The notes under the pieces were generated by a model that made no database searches, was not told the origin of the DNA, and saw only the letters and a list, made by a program, of their open reading frames with translations. Position numbers and translations under genes: made by a program. Of a DNA stretch of 64,000 nucleotides, positions 38,660 to 49,380 are shown in pieces (position 1 is the first letter of the stretch; each line of letters starts with the position of its first letter). The stretch is from a virus, in the IMG/VR virus record IMGVR_UViG_3300044957_000619. The stretch is one strand, 5' to 3'.

Positions 38660-39325
38660 TCAGTATGTTTCGTTTAGAAGTTTTAAAATTTCATCTAAAG
38701 CTATATGTCTATGATTATCTAATAATATAATTTCATTAACATATTTTGATTTAGTTAATTTTGGAACTTCATGCACTGCTGAATCATTTCCGAATTTTAA
38801 ATCAATTTGATATCTATCGCCTGTTAATATCATTATACTTTCTTTACCTAGTCTAGACAATACCATTTGAAGTTGTTGTTTAGTTAAATTTTGAAATTCA
38901 TCAACAATACAAACTGCATGATCAAATGTACGACCTCTAAAATGTGCTAAAGAAACTAATTCGATATTTTCTTCTCGTTCCATTTTTTCTAAAATATCAG
39001 GTTTATTATAAACTTTACGCATGTTGCTACGCAACGGTACTAGCCATGGCTCCATTTTTTCTGATAACGATCCTGGAAGAAACCCATTATCTTCATTTGA
39101 TACTGTTGGTCTCGTTATGATAATTTTATTAATTTGTCGTTTAAAAAACATATCTAATGCAACTTGTACTGCTAATAATGTTTTTCCAGATCCCGCTTTA
39201 CCTAAAATAAAGTTAAATGGCGTTTCTAAAATTTTTGCTTTTGCTTGTTTTTGTTCTTCTGATAATGTAATAGAAAATTTAATATCAGTTTTAGGTAGAG
39301 TTTTTTCCCGATTTTGAGTAGTCAT
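38660..39325 (-). CDS. phoH: PhoH-like ATPase
   Basis: GKAGSGKT, ITRP, GFLPG, RGRTF, VDEFQN, GD..QID, HRH. Confidence 0.93.
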   Translation of the reverse strand: MTTQNREKTLPKTDIKFSITLSEEQKQAKAKILETPFNFILGKAGSGKTLLAVQVALDMFFKRQINKIIITRPTVSNEDNGFLPGSLSEKMEPWLVPLRSNMRKVYNKPDILEKMEREENIELVSLAHFRGRTFDHAVCIVDEFQNLTKQQLQMVLSRLGKESIMILTGDRYQIDLKFGNDSAVHEVPKLTKSKYVNEIILLDNHRHIALDEILKLLNETY

Positions 39326-39340
39326 AACTAACCTTTTTAA

Positions 39341-39616
39341 TTATAATAATTTTGTAAGAGTTGATTCTCGATAGGTCATTGATTTAAGAGTTTCAATTTT
39401 ACCTAAACATAATTGACGAATTGCATAGAATGTTTTTCTTGCAGGATATGGTGTCATTATTTTTATTTTAATCAATTCTCTATCTGGACCTAGGTCTTGT
39501 TCTATATGTACCATTAGAACTAAACGAATTGCTCTAATACGATCTAATACGTCGATCAATCGACCATCATATCGAATTTCAGCAAACATTTCATATTTGT
39601 TTCTTACTACCGCCAT
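39341..39616 (-). CDS. Hypothetical protein
   Basis: ORF with its own late-promoter motif. Confidence 0.6.
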   Translation of the reverse strand: MAVVRNKYEMFAEIRYDGRLIDVLDRIRAIRLVLMVHIEQDLGPDRELIKIKIMTPYPARKTFYAIRQLCLGKIETLKSMTYRESTLTKLL

Positions 39617-39646
39617 ACTTCATTTTAATATAAATATACAAATAGT

Positions 39647-39673
39647 AAAAAAGGGTGACCGAAGCCACCCTTT
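39647..39673 (-). terminator. Intrinsic terminator after the major capsid gene
   Basis: AAAGGGTGGC-TTCG-GTCACCCTTTTTT. Confidence 0.88.
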
Positions 39674-39725
39674 CTTTCATTAATTCGTTAATTCGTTAAA
39701 TGTTAATTCTAATCGAAGTTAACTA

Positions 39726-41393
39726 TTAAAGCGTGTTAAGACCATGAACGTATACTTTTCCGTAGAATTCAGGACGAACTACTTTCTTTGCGTAACGTGT
39801 CATAACACCTTTACGTGGAGTGAAGTTTACTGGATCATATACAAGCGGAGTCATAATCAACGGAATATATGGGCTAAATACAGCACCCGTTTCAAGGAAC
39901 TGCGCACCACGGAATCCCATAAGGATTACATTCTCTAACATATATGGGTTTTTGTATATGGTATAACGATTGTTGATGCTACCAATTTTTTGAACGCCAG
40001 CAGCAAATTCCATTTTGTTACCATCTGTATCTGCAGCAAATCCTGGGATAGACTCAAGGATAGTTGCAACTGCAGGAGATGTTACAAGGAAGTTAGCACC
40101 ACCGCGTAACGTTTTTTGGTGAATCTTATTAGATACTTTTTGAAGTTTAGTACCTAAAGTTTGGAACCATCCGCCTTGGGTGTTGTAATATCCATCGCCT
40201 ACTGCGGTAGCTGCACCAGCGCCAGATTGAGTAAATCCAGAACCATTCCAGAAGTTGTTGTTTAATGCTGACCAATACTCAGTTGTTGGAGCTGCTGAAA
40301 TCAACATATCAAGGATTTCAAGATCGATTTCCATTGATACATATTCAGACAACATTGAAGTCAATTCAGCTTCGGCATCAATTGAGTGGTATGCATTTAA
40401 GTCTTGAGCAAATTCAGGTGTCCAAACTGCTTTCAACTTACGAGTTTTAGCAACGATTGGTTCTGATTGCATTTCAAGGTTAATTTCTGGGATATCAATA
40501 TCAACCCCGGTATTAATACCTGTATTAGCAGAAGAACCTTTGAATGGATTTTTATCTTCAAAATCACCACGAGTAATATCGGTAGGTTGTTTGCTATAGT
40601 TCAATTTGAAATTTGCTTGACCAATAGATGAAGAAATTGCAGTTGCTTGAGTTGATGTTACAACAAAAGATGCAGTGTAATTACTATCAATAGTTGAAAA
40701 TGCTTGAATTGGAATAACTTCAGTATTTCCAGATCCTGATGTAAATGTCCAAGAACGTACTGCATACAAATCAGCATCAGTTGGTACATTAACGGTTACC
40801 AGCTTGTAGTTTGATAATCCTGATGCAATGATAGCACCGTCATAATTTACAGATCCAGATCCTGGAGCAGAACCAGTTGTAGCAGTAACAAGTGAACTGG
40901 TATAATTAATTGAATATCCAAAACGACCTGCACCATAAAGACCGCCGGCTGCATCACTACCAGTTGTAGTAACACCAAACATTGAGTCTAATGCATTAGG
41001 ATTTCCAAATGGATCGCCTATTCTGTTGTTATTATCATCATCAAATCCAGGTACAGCTGTACCATATTTGAAATCAAGATAGAAAATAAGACCTGATGGC
41101 AAATTCATTGGCTGAACCGAAACGAATTCTTTTGCAGCAAATTCAGCAAAGATACGTCGTACCAATGGAAGTGCTACACCAGCCCACTCTTCAGATCCTT
41201 GAGCAACACCTGTTTGCGAAGCTTCTTTTACTAATTGACGTGCTTGGTTTTCAAGCAATTGTGCCATTCCGGCTTTTTCGGTTTCGCCACGAAGACCTTC
41301 TAAAAGTCCCGTACGTTCCCATTTGTTTACGATTGCAATTGCTGCAGCGCGTTGTGAGCGATCTGGGCTTTGCAATAAATTAGAAATACTCAT
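39726..41393 (-). CDS. Major capsid protein (gp23-like)
   Basis: LLENQ, LPLVRR, VQPMNLPSGLIFY, AKTRKLKA.WT.E.AQDL, YIPL, TRYA. Confidence 0.97.
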   Translation of the reverse strand: MSISNLLQSPDRSQRAAAIAIVNKWERTGLLEGLRGETEKAGMAQLLENQARQLVKEASQTGVAQGSEEWAGVALPLVRRIFAEFAAKEFVSVQPMNLPSGLIFYLDFKYGTAVPGFDDDNNNRIGDPFGNPNALDSMFGVTTTGSDAAGGLYGAGRFGYSINYTSSLVTATTGSAPGSGSVNYDGAIIASGLSNYKLVTVNVPTDADLYAVRSWTFTSGSGNTEVIPIQAFSTIDSNYTASFVVTSTQATAISSSIGQANFKLNYSKQPTDITRGDFEDKNPFKGSSANTGINTGVDIDIPEINLEMQSEPIVAKTRKLKAVWTPEFAQDLNAYHSIDAEAELTSMLSEYVSMEIDLEILDMLISAAPTTEYWSALNNNFWNGSGFTQSGAGAATAVGDGYYNTQGGWFQTLGTKLQKVSNKIHQKTLRGGANFLVTSPAVATILESIPGFAADTDGNKMEFAAGVQKIGSINNRYTIYKNPYMLENVILMGFRGAQFLETGAVFSPYIPLIMTPLVYDPVNFTPRKGVMTRYAKKVVRPEFYGKVYVHGLNTL

Positions 41394-41424
41394 TTTGTTT
41401 TCCTTTTTTTTTTTAAATTTGTTT

Positions 41425-42498
41425 TTACAATAATCCTGCTAATTTTTTCCATCTGTTAGCCATCTCAAAACCTTCAGAAAGAATTTGTGTTGTTTGTTTG
41501 CTTGGTGCAGTAGTTGTAGTAGCTTTTGATGCATACGATTCTTTAACTACACGTTTTTTGGTTGGACGTTTGAAACTTTCAGCCAATGTAGCGAAAACTA
41601 ATTTTGCTTCACGTGTATTTGCAGCTCTATCAAAATTCTCAATTACTTTCATTTTTTGAGATTCTGATAATTCAAAGTTACGGAACAGTTTGTTTGTGTA
41701 AAGCAATTTAGCATTAAGAAGATTTACTTCGTTAATAACGTTTTGAAGATGTTTTACCGTACGATATGCTTCTTCAAGTTTTTCTTCTTTATCTGCAATT
41801 TCTGCTTCCATTGCTTCTATTACTTCAGAATCTTCAGTTGATGCTGGTTCTTCTGCACCCATTTCACCTTCTTCACGTAAGATTGCTTCAATGATTTCAT
41901 CAATATCAGATACATCTTCATCACCTGAAGCCATCATCATTGGATCTTTCATTCCTTTTTCGTCACTAAATTCATCTTCGAAATACATACCTTCTTCCAT
42001 ATCAGATGGCATCATTTCATCTGGTGCGTCCATTCCGGCATCTTCTTCCAATTCTCGAATGATTTCTGAAATATCCAGATCTGAATCCATCATATCCATT
42101 CCTTCATTGTATTCTGCTGCCATTTCTTCTTCTGAAGCTGGTTCTTCTATTGCCCCTGCAGGTTCTTCCATTTCTTTACCGCCTGCCATTCCAACTTGAA
42201 AGTTATAATCCTTGCCACCAACTGATGCTGCTAAGGTATCATCCGTCCAATTGAAATCATCACCCATCTCTTTGCCTGCTGCCATTCCAGCTTCTGCTCC
42301 TGCCTCTGCTCCCGCTTCCATTGCTGCTGTTTCATCTTCTTCTTCGTCCATAAGTCCGGCGTCTAATTTTTCAGCAAACATTCTAGTAAGTCTAGGGGCA
42401 AATGCTTCTTGCAGAGCAATTTTTGCGTTAGCTAATGCAGTTTCTTTAACTGTCTTAGCGTCAGCAATCGCTTGTTTTAACAAGTCCGATTTTGCCAT
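41425..42498 (-). CDS. Prohead scaffolding/core protein (gp22-like)
   Basis: Highly acidic; EVNLLNAKLLY; directly upstream of the MCP gene. Confidence 0.8.
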   Translation of the reverse strand: MAKSDLLKQAIADAKTVKETALANAKIALQEAFAPRLTRMFAEKLDAGLMDEEEDETAAMEAGAEAGAEAGMAAGKEMGDDFNWTDDTLAASVGGKDYNFQVGMAGGKEMEEPAGAIEEPASEEEMAAEYNEGMDMMDSDLDISEIIRELEEDAGMDAPDEMMPSDMEEGMYFEDEFSDEKGMKDPMMMASGDEDVSDIDEIIEAILREEGEMGAEEPASTEDSEVIEAMEAEIADKEEKLEEAYRTVKHLQNVINEVNLLNAKLLYTNKLFRNFELSESQKMKVIENFDRAANTREAKLVFATLAESFKRPTKKRVVKESYASKATTTTAPSKQTTQILSEGFEMANRWKKLAGLL

Positions 42499-42633
42499 TT
42501 TTTCTCCTTAAATTTGTTTTTTGGAAATAAGATTATTTGAAATCTTAATAGAAATTATTTTTTATATATAAACGCTATATAAAGAACGAATAGCGTATTC
42601 TACAATAAATATAAGCAAGTTTTAAAAAACAGT

Positions 42634-42662
42634 AAAAAAGTCCTAACTTTTTGCTAGGACTT
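42634..42662 (-). terminator. Probable terminator after bS21
   Basis: AAGTCCTAG/TTAGGACTT stem plus a T tract. Confidence 0.65.
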
Positions 42663-42683
42663 AAAAATTTTTCTTAATTTTTA

Positions 42684-42923
42684 TTAAAATTTGTTTTGCA
42701 AATCTTGCATCTGTTGACGATATCTTGCTTTTGATATATCATTTCTGCGCTTAACACTTGGTTTAGTAAATGTTCGATTTTCTTTAACATATTCTAATAC
42801 GCCTGAATCTTTTACTTTTCGTTTCCATGTTCTTAATGCAAATCCTAGATCATGGTTTACTACATTTACTGCTACAGAATTACCTGGCACGATGGTTTGA
42901 TGTTGTTTTTGTTTTTTATTCAT
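42684..42923 (-). CDS. rpsU: Phage-encoded 30S ribosomal protein bS21
   Basis: DLGFALRTWKRKVKDSGVL...FTKPSVKRR...KARY.QQ. Confidence 0.85.
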   Translation of the reverse strand: MNKKQKQHQTIVPGNSVAVNVVNHDLGFALRTWKRKVKDSGVLEYVKENRTFTKPSVKRRNDISKARYRQQMQDLQNKF

Positions 42924-42932
42924 ATATAACTA

Positions 42933-43403
42933 TTAAATTTTTTCTTGTGGTTTTTTTGGAGCTTGTTGTCTAACATTAAATCTAAAATGTTTTAATTCTG
43001 GTTTCTGTGCTAAATAACCTTGTAACTTTTGTGATTCTAACGCTGGATCTTGACCTAATCTAAAATAGAAATATCCAATTTTACCTGTTGGTGAAATTGT
43101 TTTTTTAATTACCGTAAAGCCTTTGCGTTCTGCCCATTCTTGAATTTCAGTTGCAACTTGTTCTGATGTAGCAGGATCTCGAAGAACGTATTCAACACCA
43201 CCTCTATAATCAGTTAAATTATTTACTAACTGTGCTTCATCTAAATCAGCTTCAGTCATAGTTTTCATTATGTCTGCAGTTTTTTGCAATTCTTGATTAT
43301 ACATGGCTAATTGTTTTGGATCAGTTGGTAACTTAGCTGTTGAATCCGACTGTTCATTTAATCCAAAAAAATCGCGATATAATTTTTTAAATTTGCTCAT
43401 CAT
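42933..43403 (-). CDS. Hypothetical (head region) protein
   Basis: ORF with LNE/LDE motifs. Confidence 0.6.
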   Translation of the reverse strand: MMSKFKKLYRDFFGLNEQSDSTAKLPTDPKQLAMYNQELQKTADIMKTMTEADLDEAQLVNNLTDYRGGVEYVLRDPATSEQVATEIQEWAERKGFTVIKKTISPTGKIGYFYFRLGQDPALESQKLQGYLAQKPELKHFRFNVRQQAPKKPQEKI

Positions 43404-43411
43404 ACACCTAT

Positions 43412-43440
43412 ATTATAATAAATTATTTTTTGTTATCCAA
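43412..43440 (-). promoter_or_regulatory. Promoter TTGGAT-N17-TATAAT for the 43403-bS21 unit
   Basis: Exact motif, -10 box 8 nt upstream of the ATG. Confidence 0.65.
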
Positions 43441-43441
43441 A

Positions 43442-43819
43442 TTATCCGACTTCAAAAAAACGATTTAAATGATTACCAATGTTTTCATACGCAAGCGACA
43501 TACGTTGTTGTGCTTCTTTTAATTGAGTAGCAGCTTCTGAAAATTCTTTATAATCTTCGTGCATTCTTTTGTTTTCTTTTTTAATTGCCAAATTTGAAAA
43601 CCAATCATCGCCTTCCGTCATAATTCTATCAGCACCATCAACAATTTGTTTAACTCGCTCTACGATTTCTTCAATATCGCCTTTGCCGTAAACTGAATCT
43701 CCCATTGCAGAAAAGTTTTTTACGGCCTCTTTAAATGCTTGTTTTTCTGGTGCTGTCATCGGCGCAGGTTGATCTTGCATTATAGTTTCTAAAATAAATT
43801 TTAAATTGGGCGTTCTCAT
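43442..43819 (-). CDS. Hypothetical head protein
   Basis: DDWF...YENIG..LNRFFE; directly after the prohead protease gene. Confidence 0.65.
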   Translation of the reverse strand: MRTPNLKFILETIMQDQPAPMTAPEKQAFKEAVKNFSAMGDSVYGKGDIEEIVERVKQIVDGADRIMTEGDDWFSNLAIKKENKRMHEDYKEFSEAATQLKEAQQRMSLAYENIGNHLNRFFEVG

Positions 43820-44451
43820 TATATTATCCTACATTTACCATCTTCACACAAAATCGATGTAATGATGTCGTTTACTTTATTATATTTATTTGTTTGTGCC
43901 GTTTTATTAATTGATTCATTCATGTGCGCAGGCCGCATAAAAGCCCCATAGGTAGAAGGATTAGATACAAAGTCCCAACAAATTAATTCAAAATCTTCTT
44001 GTACCTCTACAGTGCCCTCATTGCGTAATTCCTTTACAGAACCTAATCCTCGCGATGAAATACCCAATGTAATTCCAGCTCTAAAAAGTTCCTTAAGTAT
44101 TTTACCTGATGGCGTATCTAATATTTGTACTGCTCCATGTAAATCATCACCTTTCCACCAAATTTTTAAAACGTTGTGAGAAACATTATTTAAGTTAACA
44201 ACTGATGATTCTGGATGATCCAGTTCTCCTAATGCTCTATGTTGATCAATATATTCCATTTGATACCGTTGGCATTCTCTTTCTAGAATACGTTTTGGGT
44301 ATACGCGACCATTTTGATTTTTAGCTCCTGCTCGTTGCAAAACTCCTTGTACAACAAAACCACCAGGTATTCCATATGCAGCACCGCTTGATTCAGTTAA
44401 TGAACCAACAGGTTTAAATGGCATATATTCTACAATTAGTTGTTTTGACAT
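43819..44451 (-). CDS. Prohead protease (gp21-like)
   Basis: NQNGRVYP, GELDHP, NVSH, GISSRGLGS, DFVSNPS. Confidence 0.96.
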   Translation of the reverse strand: MSKQLIVEYMPFKPVGSLTESSGAAYGIPGGFVVQGVLQRAGAKNQNGRVYPKRILERECQRYQMEYIDQHRALGELDHPESSVVNLNNVSHNVLKIWWKGDDLHGAVQILDTPSGKILKELFRAGITLGISSRGLGSVKELRNEGTVEVQEDFELICWDFVSNPSTYGAFMRPAHMNESINKTAQTNKYNKVNDIITSILCEDGKCRII

Positions 44452-44452
44452 T

Positions 44453-45010
44453 TTATTCTCCTAATGCTCTTACTCGCTCTGATATTTTGATTAATCTTTC
44501 TGATATCTTATTTAGTGCTTTATCTACTGCCGGACCATATCCTTTTCTAGCAACACCCGATTCTGTTTTTAATCTACTTGCGTAATTTACAGTTTGTTCA
44601 ATTTCTTGAAGTTGTTTTGCTACTTCTTTAATCGTATGTTTAATTTTTGATTCCGGCGTTAATTTTGAATCGCCAGTTGCGTATGTTCGATATGATTCAA
44701 TAATTGATTCATACTTACGATCCATTGCTTCTGCAACAGTCATTCCGCCTGCAGTTATAGTCGATTTCTTTGCCTTGCCGACCCAGTTGGGTGTCGTAAC
44801 TGGAGCTACAGCAGCTGTTACATTTTGTTCTTCTAAATCTTCTTCTTGCGTAACTGCTTTTGTACGTACGTCTCGTCTACGTTGAAGATATTTATCGGCA
44901 TCATCTTGATCGCCATCATTATCAATATCGCTATCCTCATTACCTACTGCATCTAATGTTTCTTCAAGTTCAACAAACTTTTCTTCCATTTCTTTTAATA
45001 ATGATTTCAT
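44453..45010 (-). CDS. Hypothetical head/core protein with an acidic EF-hand-like loop
   Basis: LDAVGNEDSDIDNDGDQDDADKYL.RR. Confidence 0.6.
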   Translation of the reverse strand: MKSLLKEMEEKFVELEETLDAVGNEDSDIDNDGDQDDADKYLQRRRDVRTKAVTQEEDLEEQNVTAAVAPVTTPNWVGKAKKSTITAGGMTVAEAMDRKYESIIESYRTYATGDSKLTPESKIKHTIKEVAKQLQEIEQTVNYASRLKTESGVARKGYGPAVDKALNKISERLIKISERVRALGE

Positions 45011-45861
45011 CGATGTAATCCTTTTAACTCATTAATTAAATCATAATATCTTAATAACGAAAGAATATGTGATTCTTTAATCGATTTCATATTTTCTACT
45101 GTACATAACATTTCAGAAAGTTTTTTGACTTTAATTTGCGTAGCTTTATCTGATATTAATTTTGATTGCTGCATTAATTGATTTTTAATTTGTGGAATAA
45201 TTTGTTCAATATATTGTTTTAATGCAGTTGTATCATTAACATTTGTTATATATTTATTTAAGAGTTGTTTTTGCGATTCATCTAATATAGAATATTTTTC
45301 ATTGAATTTATCAACTAATAATTTATACGCTAATAGACGTATATCTTTTGGCTGTGATTGATATGTTTCAATTAATTCATCTTTTTTAGCAATTGGTTTT
45401 TCTGCAATAATACCTGTTTGTAATATTACATGTTTACATTCCATTAACTGTTTAGGATTATCACTTTCTTCATATTCAAATAACATGTATATAGATGCCA
45501 TTGTTTTATAATTAGAAATATGAATTTTTGCAATATCGTTAAATACAAATTTTTCTGAAATTTCTTTTACTAAATTATACTTTTGACGTTTTAAAACGGA
45601 TTGATTTAATTTTTTATATGATTCTTTAATCATTCGTATGTAATCTAAACCCTGTGCATCTGTTTTATATTGTTGTTCTTTACTCAATGCATTATATAGT
45701 TGCAATTCTTTTGCTAATTCAGTATTACGTCCAAAATATTTTTTTATAATATCAACTGTTTTAGTTTTATTTGAAGATAACGTTTCAGAAGTTAGTTTCC
45801 TAACTAAAATTTCAAAAAGTATACCGGTATTTTTGTATTTCGAATGTTTTAATTTTTTCAT
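45007..45861 (-). CDS. Head-assembly region protein
   Basis: KHSKYKNTGILFE; located between the portal and protease genes. Confidence 0.65.
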   Translation of the reverse strand: MKKLKHSKYKNTGILFEILVRKLTSETLSSNKTKTVDIIKKYFGRNTELAKELQLYNALSKEQQYKTDAQGLDYIRMIKESYKKLNQSVLKRQKYNLVKEISEKFVFNDIAKIHISNYKTMASIYMLFEYEESDNPKQLMECKHVILQTGIIAEKPIAKKDELIETYQSQPKDIRLLAYKLLVDKFNEKYSILDESQKQLLNKYITNVNDTTALKQYIEQIIPQIKNQLMQQSKLISDKATQIKVKKLSEMLCTVENMKSIKESHILSLLRYYDLINELKGLHR

Positions 45862-45905
45862 ATTGCATTATACAATATTTCGTTTTTTAATAAATATGTT
45901 TGTAT

Positions 45906-47741
45906 TTATAAAATATTATTTTCATCTAACATAGTACCTTCATCAGAATGTTGTTGATGTTTATTTTTTAATGTTTCAGTAATGATATTAAGTGATTTTG
46001 ATTTTTTAAGATAACGCAAAATACTATGTGATTCCGCTGCAATTGGTTTGACGGATCTTTCTGCTCGAGAATCTGGTTGAAATGTAGTTTTTTGATTCTC
46101 TGGATTAAACGCTTGATCGATTGTTTTATTACCAATTGGGTCCCAACCAAATTCATTTTTATGTTGACCAAATTTAATTCCTTCTTTTGGACGACCACCT
46201 TTGTCTTTATCTTCAACTTCATCTGACGACATATGTATTGATGCTAAATCGTGTGGTGTTCCAAATGAAACCCCGGTAATTGCTGGATCATTGCCTTCTT
46301 GTTCAATTTGATTTTGACGGAATCGCAGTTTAAGATCTTCAATAACATCCGTACGTTGTTGCAACCATTGATCTTCTGACATATTAAAAATATATTCATA
46401 TATAAATTTATCAGAAACTAATTTACTATCACGCATTGCTGTTGCTAATGTCATTTTTTCAGTCATTAATGCAACTTTTTGTTGATCATAAATAATCGAT
46501 GGGGCTGTTAATTCTAATTCAAATCCAATTAAATCTTCGCCTTCAAATCCTTGTGCATATAAATGTACAATTGCAATTTTATATAATTCGGATATAGTAA
46601 TTTTTTGAATTCGTTCGATAGTTCTAGCAAAACGAATATCCATCGATGCTAATGTAGTTTTTCCTTCTACAGCTTCTTCAAATCCTAAAAATGCTTTTGG
46701 AATTCGTAAAGCTGCCATCATTTTATGTTTAATATAATTGATATCATCAATTCCAGTAAATGTCATTCCTGGTAATGTGTCAATTGCAGTAGAAGATTGT
46801 CCTCCGCGAACTGGCAAATAATAATCTTCTAACATATTAGCAAGATTAAATTTCAAGTTATAGTTGCCGGTATTTGGATCTACATGCGGAATTTTTTTCA
46901 TTTTCATGATAATTTGTTCCATAAATGAATCAACTTCATTTGGTGGAATATTACCAATATCGATTTTAAAAATTCGTTTTTCTGGCGCTCGCATAATACG
47001 ATGAATTAACATCGCATCTTCTAACATCATAAGTTTTTGAAATTCTTGTCGAGCTCCTTCTAACATTGATTTACCATATGGTAAAAAATTTGAATCCGAT
47101 AACATTCGAAAATGTGCAATCTCAAAAACATCGTATGTAGCTTGTTGATTTGCTATGTTTTTAAATTGAATTTTATATTCTCCAGATACTTCATCATATT
47201 CTTCCCATCGTTCCATTTCATAACTAGAAAATGGTCTTACATTAATAATACCAATTTCTTCAGCAATATCCATTTTAAGGAAAAAATCTCCGTATTTTAC
47301 CATGTTTCTAATCCATGGCCATAAATTGAATTCTATGTTTAAAACATCATAAAATAAATTATAAAGAATTTTTTGAATACGCGTATTGCTAGTTTTGATA
47401 GTTAAAATATCACCAAATTGGTCTGCTAATGTAGATTCATCTGCGTATATATCTAATGCTGAACTAATAATTGGATCTCGATCCATCATTTCATAATCAG
47501 CATAAAGTTGCATACGATTTTGATGCATATAATAATTAGAATCATATCCACCCATACCACCTACGCGATGTTTATTAGCACCATGTAGTCTAGTATATCT
47601 ATCTGCAACTTTTGATTGATTTAAATTTCCCCGAGATTGTAATCGATTAGTATCAACAACTTTTAATCGATCTTTACCGTAAGTACGAACGATGACATTC
47701 GTAGCAAAGAGATTTTGTAATCGTTTTCTTAATGTAGGCAT
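45906..47741 (-). CDS. Portal protein (gp20-like)
   Basis: EDAMLIHRIMRAPEKRIFKIDIGN, EDYYLPVRG, DTLPG, DIRFARTIERIQ. Confidence 0.96.
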   Translation of the reverse strand: MPTLRKRLQNLFATNVIVRTYGKDRLKVVDTNRLQSRGNLNQSKVADRYTRLHGANKHRVGGMGGYDSNYYMHQNRMQLYADYEMMDRDPIISSALDIYADESTLADQFGDILTIKTSNTRIQKILYNLFYDVLNIEFNLWPWIRNMVKYGDFFLKMDIAEEIGIINVRPFSSYEMERWEEYDEVSGEYKIQFKNIANQQATYDVFEIAHFRMLSDSNFLPYGKSMLEGARQEFQKLMMLEDAMLIHRIMRAPEKRIFKIDIGNIPPNEVDSFMEQIIMKMKKIPHVDPNTGNYNLKFNLANMLEDYYLPVRGGQSSTAIDTLPGMTFTGIDDINYIKHKMMAALRIPKAFLGFEEAVEGKTTLASMDIRFARTIERIQKITISELYKIAIVHLYAQGFEGEDLIGFELELTAPSIIYDQQKVALMTEKMTLATAMRDSKLVSDKFIYEYIFNMSEDQWLQQRTDVIEDLKLRFRQNQIEQEGNDPAITGVSFGTPHDLASIHMSSDEVEDKDKGGRPKEGIKFGQHKNEFGWDPIGNKTIDQAFNPENQKTTFQPDSRAERSVKPIAAESHSILRYLKKSKSLNIITETLKNKHQQHSDEGTMLDENNIL

Positions 47742-47790
47742 ATTTTTATCTATTTTAATATAAATATAACTAGTTGTAGAACTGCGGTAA

Positions 47791-49380
47791 TTATCGTATC
47801 AACCATGTTAAATCTTCATTACTATCACCCACATTCCAATTCCATGAGTCTCGTCCAGAATTTTGTGATCGGTTAGTGTAAATAATTTGATCTGAAGTTT
47901 TTTGAAATTGTGACAGTGCTCGTTTATTTAGCTCTATTCCTTGTTGTCGCAATTTAAGCGACGTATCTCGTAACCATAAACCAATACAAAATGACATAAC
48001 AAGGTCATCATTATATCCGCCGTGTGCTTGTGCTTTACCATTTAACCAAACAAACACAAATAATTCTTGTATCAATCGTTTAGAACGAATAATTGGTGTT
48101 CGTTCTCGCATATACATTTCAAGTGCAGATATCATTAATGGACGAGTACGCGTTGTTGTTGATACGCCAGGAACCATCTGCGATTTATCCTTCATATCAT
48201 AACCTTTTTTAAGTTGTACATCTACATCAACATAACCATCATCTTTGTATGTATAAAATATATTTTCATATCCCCTATCTAATGCGGGTTGAATTGCAGC
48301 CCAACCAATGTTTGCATTTTCTATTGCTAAGAGTGCATTATTCCATTCTGTTGCAACTGTTACAAGCATATTACCGAAATCTTTAGGTGGTAATTTACCT
48401 TTATATTCGGCAACTTGTGCAATCGATTCTACATCAATAACATGAAATGTTGACCAGTCAGCTCCATCTCCGCGGGCAACGTCAGCTACTACTATATAAT
48501 TTTTATCATAGTTTGGATATTCCCAAATCCAATATCCATTGTCATACCCGCGACGTTCGATGGGTTCTATACATTTATTTTCATAATCCATTAATATAGC
48601 ACCATCTACTACAGTATGTCCAGATGAAATAAAGTCACAATCACATTCTTGTGCTGCGCCTCGCTCTCCCAATAATTGTGTTTGTTCATCTCGCCATTGC
48701 TGATCGCGATCTGGATGTACGGTCCAATGCAATTTAATTGTATGAAATCCATTAATTTCTTGTTCGGCTTCTGACCATACTGAATGAAACCAATTCCCAA
48801 CACCGTTTGGTGTAGACAATACAATTGCTCCACCACCGGTTGATAATGTTGCTTGCGATGCTATCCAAATTTCTTCAATATTTCTAATGAATGCAGCCTC
48901 ATCTATAATTAATAAAGATAATGCTTCTGAACGTGCACCAGTGGTTGCAGAAGAAACTGCTTTGATTTGAGAGCCGTTTTTAAACTTAAGAGAAAGTTTA
49001 TTGTCTGCTTCAATATTACCTTTTAACCAACTAGGTAAATTGTCATGCATCACTCGTACTTTAGTTACTAAGTTTTTTGCAACTTCTTGAGTCGTTGCAA
49101 TAACAAGTACATTAAAATCTTCTTTGAATAACATGCTCCAAAGAGCAAATCCAGCCGATAATGTTGATATGCCTAACTGCCGCGATTTCAATATTACATT
49201 GTAACGATTATCTCTTAATTCGGTTAATGAATTTTCCTGGAATGGATATAAGTTAAATTTAATCTTGCCGCGTTTAGGGTGCTGAATATAACAATATTGA
49301 CGCATAAAGAAAACAGGATCTTTAGCACACATTGTGTACTGTTGTTGAATAATCTGTTTTATATTTATATTTTGTGACAT
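47791..49380 (-). CDS. Terminase large subunit (gp17-like)
   Basis: KSRQLGIST, IIDEAAF, LSTPNG, ADVARG, DDLVMS. Confidence 0.96.
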   Translation of the reverse strand: MSQNINIKQIIQQQYTMCAKDPVFFMRQYCYIQHPKRGKIKFNLYPFQENSLTELRDNRYNVILKSRQLGISTLSAGFALWSMLFKEDFNVLVIATTQEVAKNLVTKVRVMHDNLPSWLKGNIEADNKLSLKFKNGSQIKAVSSATTGARSEALSLLIIDEAAFIRNIEEIWIASQATLSTGGGAIVLSTPNGVGNWFHSVWSEAEQEINGFHTIKLHWTVHPDRDQQWRDEQTQLLGERGAAQECDCDFISSGHTVVDGAILMDYENKCIEPIERRGYDNGYWIWEYPNYDKNYIVVADVARGDGADWSTFHVIDVESIAQVAEYKGKLPPKDFGNMLVTVATEWNNALLAIENANIGWAAIQPALDRGYENIFYTYKDDGYVDVDVQLKKGYDMKDKSQMVPGVSTTTRTRPLMISALEMYMRERTPIIRSKRLIQELFVFVWLNGKAQAHGGYNDDLVMSFCIGLWLRDTSLKLRQQGIELNKRALSQFQKTSDQIIYTNRSQNSGRDSWNWNVGDSNEDLTWLIR

